Below, piece after piece: positions 42,630 to 56,206 of a stretch of DNA of 64,000 nt. Position 1 is the first letter of the stretch; each line of letters starts with the position of its first letter. The stretch comes from Octopus sinensis (taxonomy: Eukaryota). The notes beneath the pieces were generated by a model, which was not told where the DNA came from, ran no database searches, and saw only the letters and a program-made list of their open reading frames with translations. The DNA lies in assembly GCF_006345805.1 (NCBI RefSeq), contig NC_042998.1:165168001-165232000 (forward strand). Direction: 5' to 3'. A program made the position numbers and the translations under genes.

Positions 42630-44238
42630 TACCGTAAATCCCCGAGTATAGTCCACCCTTGAGTATAATACGCAGGAGATTTTTAAGGGATTGTACCTCT
42701 GAAAAACCTAAACCTTGTATATAATACGCACCCCTTCTCTAACTTGAGTCAAAAAGGTCTATATAACGTCCTTGGTTTCTATAAATGTATACGGTAACGT
42801 CATTTATTATTATTGTATATATAACATAATACAAACGTGTAGCTTTTTTATGCATTTTGTTTGCAGAAAATAAAGAAATAACAGTAATAACGTCAGTGAA
42901 AAATAAATATTAAGTAAATTGCCTTTACATATTTATAACTATGAGTTACAAAAACAAAAGTAAAAACGTTTATTCAAATCCTTCAAATTCATCATTACTT
43001 TCAGTATCAAATTAACTGTTCCATTGGTTCCTCCGTAAACATGTCAGCATCATTGTAGTGTAAATCTCCGTCATTGTCAGATTCATAGTCAACACCAGAA
43101 GATTCACTTTCATTTATTTCATCCTTCCATACAACGTCATCCTGAGTACCACCCAGTGCAGACGATATACAACATTTGATAAAACTTTTCACAATAATCT
43201 GGAGATCAAGTTCATTCCATGCATACACGATCCATTTGCATATCAAAGTCAGGTCGGGAGTGCGAGCCCTTCCACCGTTCGTGAACGACTTTATGCCTTG
43301 ACATAAAGTTATTGGCCCAGCCAAATGATGATTTAAATTCTGACTCATTAAGTTTTATCTTTTTAGCAATGAGTTTTGACAGTAGCCTCAATTGTACTCT
43401 ATTAATGGCTATTCCACCTTACCTCTAGCCATTCAAGCAAAGTTTTTCAAGCTCAGGATGGTTGGCTTTTTTCCCCTTCTTGCCTTCTTTATCTTTGGCA
43501 TCTGTTTAATTTCATCTTTATTTCTTCTCCATAACCTGACATTGCTTTCGTCAACATCAAATTTTCTTCCAGCAGCCCTATTACCATGCTCTTCAGCATA
43601 TTATATAACTTCAAGTTTAAACTTAGCTGAATAAGATCTACGAGACATTTTATGGGTATGTAATGTATAAAATGTTTTATTGGAGATTAATGTACAGGTT
43701 TAAGTCCCACTTATAAGAAACCCTAGTAAAGACCCTCAGTAGTTCAAACATTTAATACTGGTATTTAATTACGTATCCATTGTCTGCCACGGTTATGATG
43801 CAAACTGCCAATAGAAATGGTAGGATGAACTATTTAGCGCTAAACTATTAAGCACAATTCGTGCGTAATTAAGCCAGCAGCACCTAGTCGAACAAACACT
43901 TCCGCGTATGCGTAATACAATAATGGTGATGCTCTTAACTGTTATATGGGAATGTAAATATGTTTGCAAATTGTTTTTGTTATATGTTATTCTGTGTTCT
44001 GAATACTTTTATTTTAATAAATGTTGCTTACTGCAAGTTATGGATGATTCTTAAGGTATTTTCGCGCCCGACATCCATCACAAAATGTATCTGAATATAC
44101 ATTGGCTAACAGTAAATAGAGACTCGGACATTGCTTAGAAAATATTTTTCATTTTTAACCTCGTATATAGTACGCACTATGGATTTTGACCTTTAAATTT
44201 TGGGCAAAAATGCGGATTATACTCGAGGATTTACGGTA
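42630..44238 (-). mobile_element. pogo-family DNA transposon, internally deleted (no DDE core)
   Basis: TIRs TAccgtaaatccccgagtata and tatactcgaggatttacggTA. Minus ORF from 43648: MSRRSYSAKFKLEVI*YAEEHGNRAAGRKFDVDESNVRLWRR (Brinker-like HTH), GWANNFMSRH (CENP-B-type HTH), then RTPDLTLICKWIVYAWNEL...KSFIKCCISSALGGTQDD plus an acidic tail. Confidence 0.9.
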
Positions 44239-44611
44239 ATCTACATTAACTAGAGAAATTTTCATCAGTGTAAAATACAAATCACAAATCAACATGTCAA
44301 TACCGAAAACCTGGAATGAACTTCTTAAATCAATGATGGTGATTTTATCATTTACAACATGACTGAAGTGATCTTTTGTTAACTTACAACAAAAATTAAG
44401 CAACAACATGATACTGTCTTCCCTTCACTTACAATACTTGGCCGGTTTGGTCTTGAAACATGAATAAAACTAGGTCTCACATTCTCTCCAACGCTATAAA
44501 CATTAAAAGAATAATAAAGAAAAATGAAAAGCCAGTAATAAAAATGTACCATAAAGGTGTATTAAATATATGTAGTTGTTTTCAACAAACGCACTCACAC
44601 ATAGAGATACA

Positions 44612-44716
<105 letters not shown>

Positions 44717-45508
44717 AGCATTACACAGTGTGTATGACAATTCAGTTTAAAGGTCAGAGCATTGAAACCCAGAGATTTTCATTTCGTACAACGTCTCATT
44801 ACTCCCATATCACAGATGCCATTTATCGGTTCTTCCCAATACTTCACCCCATGTTGCGAGGACTGTAGCCAAAATCAGTACTGATAAGATAAATATTCAC
44901 TGCTTTCTACAAACACTCCACAAATGTCACTGGAAACTCGCACATATCATTCTTTCTAAAATCGGTTACAATAAAACCCGCCAAACGTAGCCTGACAAAA
45001 GCTTAGTAAATTCCCTACTAAACCTAACAGATCCTACGCGAATTTTTCTTTTCTTCGGAGCCCACTAACTTGGTTAGTAGATGCCACCGTCAAATCTAGC
45101 CTCACTAATTAGCTAGTCCTATTTAAGTAAGCTTTCTGTAGAGTCAAGGAAGTCTTCCGATCTAATAATCCACTACCTGTTTAGGTATCCTAAGTTGATA
45201 CCTAAACTTAGGTATCAACCTAAACATAGACTTGTGCTCTATCAAGTCAATCAGCTAAACGAAATTATCGCCACCTTACGCTGTGCTTATATTCTCATAT
45301 GCTAACCGAATAAAAATCTTTATCAACATACACTCTGGATGACTTGATGCGGTTTGGCAAAGTTCAAATTGACATATTCAGGAAACACCCTTGCACTTCT
45401 CAGGAATTTTTCATTGTCCTAGATTAATTAACCAATTGTTGATTTGTAATGTCAGGTCAATTCTTAGGAGTAATAATACTTTATCATTGTATGGAAAAAA
45501 ATGAATTG

Positions 45509-46300
45509 CACGAGGTGCGTTAAAAAAAAGTATCCGACTTTATATTTTACCACCAAAACTAATGACGCCTTGGCAAAATGTTCTGGGTGGGAGATGACGC
45601 AGTTCTTTCTGTGTATGGGTGAAAATCTTTTGCGCTGGTTGACCGCGTCAATTCCCGACTGATATGCCGAGAGTACAGAAGTATAGTGCGCGCACGTCGG
45701 ATTTTCGTTGAACACACACATCAAGCAAAATCCGTAAATACACGTCTCGCCGCTAGTGATGATGGTCTTCATGAAGTGTGGGTCGTGGTTTGCACAGTTC
45801 AGTATATATTGAATGATTTCCCTTCGGTGTTACGTCTTCACTAGTGCCTCGGAAACGAATTTTGCCGACACTCTCAGCATGCACAAATCTCAGAACGTAC
45901 TGATCTTGTACTTATTCCCACATGGTAAGCGATTTCCTGGATTGTTACATGGCGGTCTTCCATGACTATTCACCAAACCTTCTCAATTGTCTCCTTCTTT
46001 CGGCTTGTGGATAGACTGCATTAGCATGCCTCGCTCTCGATCGAGGTTCGGCCATATTTGAAACGGTTGTATCACTCCTTGATCTGAGTTTTGTTCATGA
46101 CATCATCGCCAAAGACCTGCTGAGCTTTCTGGGCGGCTTGAGTTTGTGCATCACCAAACTTTTGGCGAAACAGATGATATATTTCTGCTTAATGCGTTCG
46201 GTGAAAACGAAAAACTGACGAGTGCGCACTACTCGTCTGTAGCCTAGGTGCAACAGCTGGGAAGTGGCCTGGCCTGCCAGTGCGAAAATTTTCATGTATG
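45509..46300 (-). pseudogene. Mariner transposase N-terminal remnant (minus) fused to an opposite-strand mariner 5' end
   Basis: Minus, across frameshifts: TERIKQKY..KLGDAQ...QQVFGDDVMNKTQIKE*YNRFKYGRTSIESE...IVMEDRHVTIQEIA..VGIS...HDPHFMKTIITSGETCIYGF (cf. TGDETWVYGY). TIR-like cacgaggtgcgttaaaaaaaagtatccgacttt at 45509. Confidence 0.85.
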
Positions 46301-46486
46301 TCGTTTTATGTGTAATGAATGAGAAAATGGTGCTCAATATATGTCGTAGAGCATATAGATTTCTATCGTAGCTTGAGTCATAAAACAAACTCTTAGCATC
46401 AGTTTCAAATATAAACTACACACATACACACACATATATATTATGAATATATATGTAGATATGTATACATATGCATACACACACAC

Positions 46487-46523
<37 letters not shown>

Positions 46524-46564
46524 CGTGTGTGTGTGTGTGCGTGTGTGTGTGTGAGTGTGTGTAT

Positions 46565-47850
46565 GCATTAAGAGATGGGTAGAGAAAATGTATGTGTGGG
46601 GTAATACCAAAGTGAGTAGTAGTTTTAGTAGTAAAATTTAAAGTGGAAGGAGTGTATGTATGTGTATATATGTATACGTATATACTTGTATGCGTGCGTG
46701 CATGTGACTGTATGTAAGCGTGTGTGGCCTGCGCGTATGTATGTGCGTGTGCATGTATGTGTATATGTATGCGCACGCATATGCGTGTATGAATACACTT
46801 TCGGATGTGAGTAGGCATGCATGTATATATATATGTATGTGTATGTATATGCGTATGTATCTATATGTATATATATATATATGTGTGTATATGTGTATGT
46901 ATGCATATACGCACATGTATATGTACGTTTGTGGGCATGTGTGTACGTAATTATACCTTCTTTCCTCCTCTCTGATTCCTACCTATAATACCATCCATCT
47001 ATTTATAGGAATTGGAATCCTTGTATACTTCCCTCCACTTTAAATTTTACTACTAAATCTACTACTCACTTTGCTATCACCCCACCCACACATTTTCTCT
47101 CCCCATCCCTTAATGCAGCTCTATCATACCACCCCTACTCACATATCTCACACTTATTCAGTCCTTATCTTCTCATCTCTTCCTATCCCTTCCCGTCCTT
47201 TCGCATCCTGCCCTCACATTATCTTGACCACCAACTACCACTCCTTTTCTCACTTCTTTCACCCTTACTTCACTTTTTCCTTTTTCCCTCTTTTCACTTT
47301 CTCTCTCTCTTCTTTCTCTCTTTCTTTCTCTCATTTTCTCTTCTTGTTTTCATGTTGACCTATCCCCCCATTCTAATAATATACATCTCTCCCCACCATC
47401 TATCCACAAATACTTCCAATACATTCTCAAATTTTCATTCCCATCACAGGACCCTTTCGAATGAGCAACACACAATCCACGGTTCCATACTTTGAAATGA
47501 CTAAACATGGACTATTATTGGAACTTACATACCATGTACAGGAATCTTTTTTACCACTTCTATACACCACTTACTTCGAATAATGGAACTGAAACTACAA
47601 TATCTTTATATAGTTAAATATTTTATTTCTACTTTCGTTCTCTTATTTTCCTCTATATTCCCTGTCTCCTCCTTTTCCATAATAATTCCTTATTTCGAAT
47701 TCAAATATTTACCTCTAACTATTTCACATCGTCTCTGATGAAGTGATATCTATAATATCCCCGAAACAGCTGTAAGACTATATCTGTATCTTTTTCCTTA
47801 TAAACATCCTGAAAATTCCTCACAGCATTGGCTTTGTAATCTCATTTTGT
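46565..47850 (+). mobile_element. Penelope-like pLTR with inverted partial copy and hammerhead
   Basis: 46565-46657 is an inverted copy of 47024-47116; hammerhead at 47731-47778; 3' end ctcattttgtctaa-(TA)n. Confidence 0.65.
47731..47778 (+). ncRNA. Minimal type I hammerhead ribozyme
   Basis: gtct-CTGATGA-agtgatat-ctata-atatcccc-GAAAC-agct-GTA-agac. Stem I gtct/agac, stem II with two mismatches, palindromic stem III ACAGCTGT, predicted cleavage after 47774. Confidence 0.75.
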
Positions 47851-48530
47851 CTAATATATATATACATGCTAATACAAGACCCACCCGTATCACTATCGAA
47901 CCAAGAGTTTAACTACAGTCTCTCCATAGCACTTACTTAGCGTTACCTGCCACGCTTTGGGTCTTCTAGATACCACTACCTCTCATCCATCCATCCATAC
48001 ATACATACACTTATAAATATATATGTGTGTGTGTGCCTGTGTGTGTATGTATGTAGATATATATATATACACACACATACATATGTATGCATGTATATAT
48101 ATATATATACACAGACATACACATATATGCATACATGTGTGTATATGTATATGCATTTATGTATGCATGTATATATGTATGTATGTATGAATGTATATAC
48201 ATATATATGTGTGTGTGTGCGCGCGTGTGTGCGCATGTATATATATATATATACACATATGTATGCATATATATATATACACAGACATACACATATGTGC
48301 ATACATGTGTGTATGTATATATGCATTTATGTATGTATGTATGTATGTATGTATGTATGTATGTATGTATGTATGTATGTATGTATATGCTTGTATGTAT
48401 ACGCACCAGCAAGAAATCGGCTCTCGACTCCGCCCAGTACCATCTGTTGGTATGGGGATTGTTCTGAGGATTTATGATACTCGCCATGCCAGTTCTGTTG
48501 GTTGGGAAGGGTAGTTTCTAGACACGCAAG

Positions 48531-48603
<73 letters not shown>

Positions 48604-49010
48604 GTCACACACGCACGTACATACACACACGTATATTATCAGTGAAAAATATACCACTATAGCCATATATATATATATATTACTCGCTAATACATATACC
48701 CTCCCTTATACACGTCTTTCAACGCATCATTTCCTAAGACGTATCATTGTATTTCATCTGTTTCCATTCCAGCGTAACAAATGATTATTCGCATGCCCAG
48801 AGGACCTGCCGAAACTCTTATTTTAGCAACAAAAGCGAAATAAAAACAACGCAAGAAGCAAGATTAATGCCAGAAAAGTAGCCAAATAATTTGAAAAATC
48901 ACAAGGCAATGTAGTTCTGATATATTTAAATCAGACTCATAATAGTTTTATTAACAATATGTCTTTGAAATTCTTCGTAACTCTTCTTTTGCCTTTGATA
49001 TATATATATA

Positions 49011-50255
49011 TAGGGGTTGGACAAAATAATGGAAATATTTTAAAATTTCAAACAATTTTATTGTAATACGGGTTAATGCCACCTTTGGCAGTAAATACAA
49101 CCTTAATTCTACAAGGTATGGACTTGTACAAAGTTTGAATTGTTTCCAAAGAAAATTTTCTCCATTCTTCAGTTAAAACAGTCTCCAGTTCTTATAGTGA
49201 TGATGGTGGAGGATATCGACTCCCTACTTGTTTTTCTATAATGCACCATAAATGTTCGATAATGTTGAGATCTGGCGACTGTGGTGGCAAGATAAGATGT
49301 TTCTCGTGCCATTCAGTCACAACTTTAGCTGTGTGAATTGGTGCATTATCATCCTGAAAGATTGCGTTTCCCTCCGGAAACGGTTCCGCAAACATAGCGT
49401 GAATTTAATAAGATAAAATGCTTAAATAGACTTGACTATTAATTCTGCCATGTAGGGAAACTATCGAGCCGGCAGATTTCCAAGAAATGGCCCCACAGAT
49501 CCTCCTCCATGTTTAATAGTAGAAAGAAGGCAGTCTGGGTCAAATGCTTCTTTTGGGTGTCTCCACATGTATACTCGGCTGGTGGTCGGAAATAAGGTAA
49601 AGGACGACTCGTCCGAGAAATTAACATTCTTCCACTGCTCTTTGGACCAATTCTGTAGGTTTTTACTCCACTCTAAACGCTTTGCAGCATTTGTTTTTGA
49701 AAGTAGTGGTTTTCTGATTGCAACCCTCCCGTGAAATCCGGCTTTGTGCAGTTCTCGGCGAACTGTTTTAGTGGAAACTGGGTTCTTGAGGTGGCCATTA
49801 AGTTCTACAGCAATTTTGGGAGATGTACGTTTGTGATCTTTTCTAACAATTCGCGTAAGAGTCTAACGGTCCCTTTCTGAAAGTTTTGTTTTTCCTTTGG
49901 AGTTTTATTTCGACAAGGAGGTTTTTCCCTCTTTCTCAAAGGCGATCATTACTTTCGAGACAGTACTTCCTCATACACCAAAGATTCCAGCTGCTTTCAT
50001 TATTCTAGCACCTGCCATACGAGCACCAACAAGTTGACCTCTTTGAAACTCTGATAGTTCTATCATTTTAAAGAATTTTAATTACCTTTTTCTGATGATA
50101 TCTGAAAACAAACAGAAATTTTAGCAAAACACATTAAGCAGCACTAATAATAAATATAAAAACATAAAAATAATCAATCTTTTGACGGTTTTATAGAAAT
50201 TTGAATACTATGATGCTATGATGCTAGGTGTTTCCATTATTTTGTCCATCCCCTG

Positions 50256-50257
<2 letters not shown>
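49011..50257 (-). mobile_element. Near full-length Tc1-family transposon, transposase disrupted
   Basis: TIRs aggggttggacaaaataatggaaa and tttccattattttgtccatcccctgTA. Minus ORF from 50066: MIELSEFQRGQLVGARMAG...RELHKAGFHGR...NFSDESSFTL...KHGGGSV...IFQDDNAPIHTA...PPQSPDLNIIEHLW. Only 30 residues between the second D and E here. Confidence 0.93.
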
Positions 50258-50286
<29 letters not shown>

Positions 50287-50489
50287 ATTTATATATATGT
50301 ATGCATATATATATATACATATATACATACATAAGGTGGTGCTCCAGCATATCCTCAGTCAAATGACTGAATCAAGTAAAAGAATAAAAATATATAGACA
50401 TATAAATAAATACATATATATATATATATACATACAAATAGGTTCACACACACACATACATATATATGTGTATATATATCAATGTATAA

Positions 50490-50521
<32 letters not shown>

Positions 50522-50607
50522 ATGTATATATGTATACTACACATGCGTAATTACATACATACACACATACATACATATATACATACATACATACATACAT
50601 ACATACA

Positions 50608-50639
<32 letters not shown>

Positions 50640-50924
50640 CATGTGTTATTATGTTGCCAGACCATGTCGAATCTATAAAGCTAGTTTACGCCGTTCGGTA
50701 ATTTTCCTTATCTCCATTTTGTAACTTACTAAGCAGACGACATTCCCGCAAATCAAAAAGATTTCAACCACACGACAGTATAGGAATGAATTATTGATTG
50801 GCATATCATCGAACAGTCGTATAATCATTAATTCTTCATTTTATTTTTAATTTTATTGTATATATTTTATGCATACATCATTTCGGAATGAATAATGTAT
50901 TCAATAAGGCATGCGATTTGATAA

Positions 50925-51130
50925 TTAGGAAGTTGCACTCATGAGCCTAATATTGCCGTTTTCATTCCTGGACAGGGCGACGCATTGGGTTCTTGAACAA
51001 AGCATTTTATTTCACGTTACTCCGTTTCACTCAGCTGGCAAAATTGAGAAATCTTGCGACAGACTGGCCACCTGTCAAGGGTTGGGGAACATGTATGCTA
51101 TAGAATCCGGGAGGCCGTCCTTATGAGCCT
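50925..51130 (+). mobile_element. CORE-like SINE
   Basis: cagggcgacgcattgggttcttgaacaaagcattttatttcacgttactccgtttcactcagctggcaaaa; related to the minus-strand copy at 10905-11155. Confidence 0.65.
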
Positions 51131-51194
51131 GTGCTCGAAAAGAACATTTCACCCTTCTAGTGTGTATATATATATATATATATATATAACATAA

Positions 51195-51650
51195 GCGCAG
51201 GCGTGGCTGTGAGGTAAGACGCTTGCTTTCCAACAAAATATGTCTGGATTCGGTCCCACTGCGTGGGATCTCGGGCAAGTGTCTTCGACTAAAGCATCGG
51301 GAAGACCAAAGATATCGATATTGTAAACGGAAACTGAAAGAAACCTGTCGTATATATATATATATATATATATAGATATATATGTGAGTTTGAGTGATTG
51401 AGTGTGTGCGTATGTATATATTTATGCATGCATGCATATATGTATGTGTGTGTTTGTGTTTGTCCACCCATCACTGCTTGACAACCTATGTTGGTGTGTT
51501 TACGTCCCTTAATTTAGCTGTTCGGCAAAGGAGATCAGTGTAATAAGCACTAGGCTTAATAAGTCCTGGGTAGATTTCTTCGACTAAAACTCTGCAAGGT
51601 GGTGATCCGGTATGTCTGCAATCAAATTACTGAGACAAGTAAAAGAATAC
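51195..51650 (+). mobile_element. SINE family A, full length
   Basis: gcgcaggcgtggctgtgaggtaagacgcttgc...gggcaagtgtcttcgact...ggaaactgaaagaaacctgtcg...tgcttgacaacc...actgagacaagtaaaagaat. Confidence 0.88.
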
Positions 51651-51699
51651 AGACACACAAACACACACATTATAACTCAAAAGGTTTCAATTTCCAGTT

Positions 51700-51990
51700 G
51701 GAAGTATCATGGTTCCGGGTTCAGTCTTAATGCATGGCACCTTGGGCATGTATCTTCTACTATAGCCTCGGACCAACCAAAACCTTGTTAGTACATATGG
51801 TAGACGAAAACTGAACGAAGCTCATCGTATATATGTATGTGTGTATGTGTTTGTTTGTGTGTTTGTATTTGTCCCACTACCATCGCTTGACAACCGATGT
51901 TAGTGTGTTTATGTCCCCATAACTTAGCGGTTCGGCAAAAGAGACCGATTGAATAAGTACTAGGCTTACAAAGAATAAAGGAATAAAAGA
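51700..51990 (+). mobile_element. SINE family A, 5'-truncated
   Basis: catggttccgggttcagtc...ggcaccttgggcatgtatcttctactatagcctcgg...aagagaccgattgaataagtactaggcttacaaagaataa. Confidence 0.88.
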
Positions 51991-52085
51991 ATATATATAT
52001 ATAGAGAGAGAGAGGGAAGAGAGCGATGTATGTATGGTGTCCGTAAATCAACATATATATATATACATATATACATATACATACA

Positions 52086-52162
<77 letters not shown>

Positions 52163-52700
52163 CACATATAGATAGATATATAGATAGATGTATATATGTG
52201 TGTATGTACATGTGTGCGTTTAGGTAGATGGATACGTTTTGCAAATAAATAAGCGAGGGCCTGATTGAGTGCGTATTGGTGTGTGACATTGTGTTCATAG
52301 CATGTTTGTGCATTTGAATAACGTATTATCTTGTTTAATAACTTGCTTAACATGAGTGTGTGTCTGTGTGTGCGCGCGCGTGCGTGTGTCTGTGTGTGTG
52401 TGTGCGTGTTTGTGAGCGAATATATACTTGATGTGTATTTGTATGTGTGGACTATAAGTCAAGAGCGTGTGGAAACGATTGATATGATTGTAGAGAATAT
52501 AATGGGGAAAAAAGAAAAAAATTGAAGGATAAAACGGAAAAAAAAAACCAGAGCAAAAATACATTAAGAAACACGATAAGGACAAAATGAAGAGGTGATG
52601 TGATGAATCAGGAATGGAATTAAGCTGATAAAGAAGAAATTGGCTGGAGATTTATAGTTATTATTACGATATTAAGATAACATGTAGCATAAGGAGACCA

Positions 52701-52738
<38 letters not shown>

Positions 52739-52739
52739 A

Positions 52740-52811
<72 letters not shown>

Positions 52812-52897
52812 ACTACTACTACCACTACCACTACTACTACTACTACTACCACTACTATCAGAATAATAACTGCAATATCAACAACAACAACAACAAC

Positions 52898-52962
<65 letters not shown>

Positions 52963-53792
52963 CAAAAACAAGAAAAACAACAGCACCAACAGTCGCAGCA
53001 ACAACAACAACAATAATAGTAGTATAAATGAAAAGAGATAAGAAGACTGAAGAGAAATATTGAGAATGATAAATGAAACGTAACAGTTATGAAACAAATA
53101 AACAATCATTTACACAACCAATTTGAAAAAAAATACGTGGGGAAAGAAAGCAAGTTAAAGAATAAGAAGAGAAAAGAGAAGAAAATGCAAACAGAAAAAC
53201 GAATAAGAAAATGGAATAAAATGGCTGCCGACTGTAGGAAAGGAAATTAGAAAGATTGCAGTGAGAGATCGACGTAATATGAAAAGGAATGAAAGAAAGA
53301 AAATAAAGAAAGATTGCAAAAAAAAAAAAAGAATGAAAGATAGAGGAAACGGAAATGCATTTGGAATGAAATAAATAAATTGAAGAATGAATGAAGGAAT
53401 GAAAATATTGGAAGGAAAATGTACGTCAAGGAGTTTCCATGTTAATAAATAAATGCTTCATATTCTCTCACTTATCTCCCCTTCACTCACTCTCTCGCCT
53501 CTCTCTCGCTCTCGATACAAGCATCTTTGATTGTGGTGATATATTGTTCTTGTTATGGTGTAGCCCAAAGTCATCTCTGGTCAATCAGACTTATAATTTA
53601 AGACCTTCCACTATTGATCGCCACCGTTTGTTTTCTTTTCTGTTTGTCTATTTTTATCCCCAGACAGTCCACCAAGGACTATTCTATCAAATGTGTTCAA
53701 GATTGCAGAATATTTATTTATTTATTTGGCAGGGATATTTACCTGCTAGTTAACACAGATAGGGCTGCTGTGCAAATGCTTTATTTCCGCCT

Positions 53793-54027
53793 TGTTGTAC
53801 TAAAAAGAACTGGTGAGTGTAAGTGGCATGTAAAGCAATGGAGCAACTAAACTTCGATCTACACGACGTGCTCCTTGAGCTTGCTGCTCTAGCACTAAAA
53901 GCGGGACATGTATGAGGGACATGAAACACGAGTGATATGTATGACACACATGATACACGGGAGACATGATACACGAATAAAGTTCTGCCTTCCAAATGTA
54001 CCATTCGGGGCACGTCAACTCCTAACA
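53793..54027 (+). mobile_element. Probable solo LTR (235 bp)
   Basis: TGTTG...TAACA termini, AATAAA about 50 bp from the 3' end, flanks gcct/ccct (4-bp TSD with one mismatch). Confidence 0.45.
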
Positions 54028-54049
54028 CCCTTTATAATAAGCCTTTATC

Positions 54050-54450
54050 TTTTATCTTTTACTAGTTTCAGAATTAGACTGCGGCCATGCTAGGGCGCTG
54101 CCTTGAAGAATTTTTAGTCGTTGTGAATCGATCCCAGTTCATTTTTTAAGCCTGGCACTCATTGTATCGGTCTCTTTTGCCGAACCGCTATGTTACGGAA
54201 ACTTAAATATAACAATACCGCCAAGCGGTGGAGTGGGGAGAAACACACACATACACGCACACAGACACACACACACACACAGATATGCACACACATGTGT
54301 ATATACTAAGGGATTCTTTCAGTTTCCGTCTACCAAATCCACTCACAAGAATTTGATCAGCCCGAGGCTAGAGTAGAGTAGGTGTTCCTCAGTGAGATTG
54401 AATCCGGAACCGTGTGGTTGGAAAGCAAGTTTCTTACCACACAGAGACGC
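54050..54450 (-). mobile_element. SINE family A, full length
   Basis: tagactgcggccatgctagggcgctgcc...tcagtttccgtctaccaaatccactcacaag...gcaagtttcttaccacacag. Confidence 0.88.
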
Positions 54451-54548
54451 CTGTGTCTAGTGTAAACTAAATTTGAATGTCATACACCAAACTCTCTTGG
54501 ATCTAATGACATTCACAAGCATAGCACTATACATACATGCACACATAC

Positions 54549-54579
<31 letters not shown>

Positions 54580-55082
54580 ATATATTATATATATATATAT
54601 ATACGCACACATATATACATACACACACATACATACATAATACACACATATATGCACACATACACCCATAATACATATGTTCATTCATACATACATACAT
54701 ACATAGTGATTGTTCCATGTTCACAGATGACTGCCGTCTCATTGTACTTCCTTGCTGTCAAAGACATTTCTGACTTTCCGGCCATGATTACTCTGAGATT
54801 ACTATTAAGTTGCGGCAGCAGATCTGCACGGTTTGGATCATAGGCAGCCAACGAAATTTGTAACCTACTGCGCTCTTTAAAGTGTTAGTTCTGCACACGT
54901 CACCAATCTTTCAATGCCATAGGGTACGCATTCAGTATTGGTGTTCTAGTTTGGAAGTTTCAGGGTTTTCGGTATGGAGTGGAATCACCTCTTCGCCATT
55001 ATTGTTCCTTGGTCTACTGTGACCTCTTGTAGTAGCATCTGTCCTGGTCCCAGGTTTGAGTTAACTAGCATATGGATTACAG

Positions 55083-55271
55083 GTAAGTTCACCGCCATCA
55101 ATTCACCGCATGAAAATTTATACCATCAATTCATCGTAAAAAAGGTTCACTGTGAGGAAAATTTGCCGAGAAAATATATCCATAGTAGCTAACCATTCAT
55201 AGTTAAAAACTATATTATTGACAACCACCCCACCCACACAAAAATCGGGAAATTGATGACGGTGAACTTGC
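55083..55271. mobile_element. MITE-like element with 21-bp inverted termini
   Basis: gtaagttcaccgccatcaatt and aattgatgacggtgaacttgc match at 19 of 21; internal repeats of aattcaccg/catcaattc. No clear TSD. Confidence 0.55.
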
Positions 55272-55384
55272 GGGACATGAGCATATGTGATTACAATCCA
55301 TCTGAGTGTGGGGACACCATTGGTTGGTGACAGGGCGTGCAGTAAAACCACGTGACATAAAGGGCATCAGAGCTGTTAACTTAC

Positions 55385-55600
55385 ATACATACATGTCTAG
55401 CCATACAACAATATGCATGAGAATACATAGATACATAAAACAAAATATACAAATCTGCACATATACATACATACAAAAATACCCTGTTGATGTTTTTTGA
55501 AATTCCAATGAAGGGGCCTTGAATCTAGCTTAGAAAACGTCTCTTGCTCTATTGGCAAGCAGTTTTAAATAAAAACTAAATAATGCCATACATACATGCA
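55385..55600 (+). mobile_element. 3' UTR fragment of the LINE family at 60245-60700
   Basis: catgtctag...atatgcatgagaatacata matches catgtctagatatgcaactatatgcataagaatacata near 60667-60705. Confidence 0.55.
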
Positions 55601-56206
55601 TGCATACATATATACACGCGCGCGCGCGTATATTTGTTTCGTGTGGTTTATTGTTCAAGAAATATAAGCAATGTTTCAAACCTTCATTTGTTTTGTTGTA
55701 TTTCAAAAGATTCGCATATGAGTTGCAAATGTGTTAATAATCTTTAAATATTTCCGAATTTACATCCCGGTTTTATGAGGACAGGGTACAAACATACGAC
55801 AAGGGCGGTGATAAATATTTATGTGATAGATGTTCATTCATGACAAATATTATTTGTTATATCCTACAGATGTTTCATATCTACAGTCTAATGTTTGTTG
55901 ATACCATTACACTGTCCAATATTCATTATATAGCTGAATGGTTATTTACATTACTTATGCAATCGTGAATAAGCGTAAAAATTCATTTCCATGTATATCC
56001 TTTATGTGTGCCTACATATATACATGTGTGCTCATGTGTATACACACACATATTTATACGTGTATATAAGTACAACACATAAGCACACACATATATTATG
56101 TATGTACGTATATATATATATATATATATATAAAGTTCACATATGAGAATTAGATATTCTCCGTACAGAATACACTCAAAAGCTTCAAACTTTAGCGGGT
56201 ATAGAT

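Noticed and set aside
44760-45400. Possible LINE RT remnant including a 12-bp hairpin (gttgatacctaa-ac-ttaggtatcaac)
   Set aside because: Only a YLGI-like word is suggestive; too degenerate to call, and the hairpin may be a small local inversion.
55495-55545. caatgaagggg...gaaaacgtc as a hammerhead in a LINE 3' UTR
   Set aside because: Core lacks CUG and stem II is poor; not supportable from this copy.
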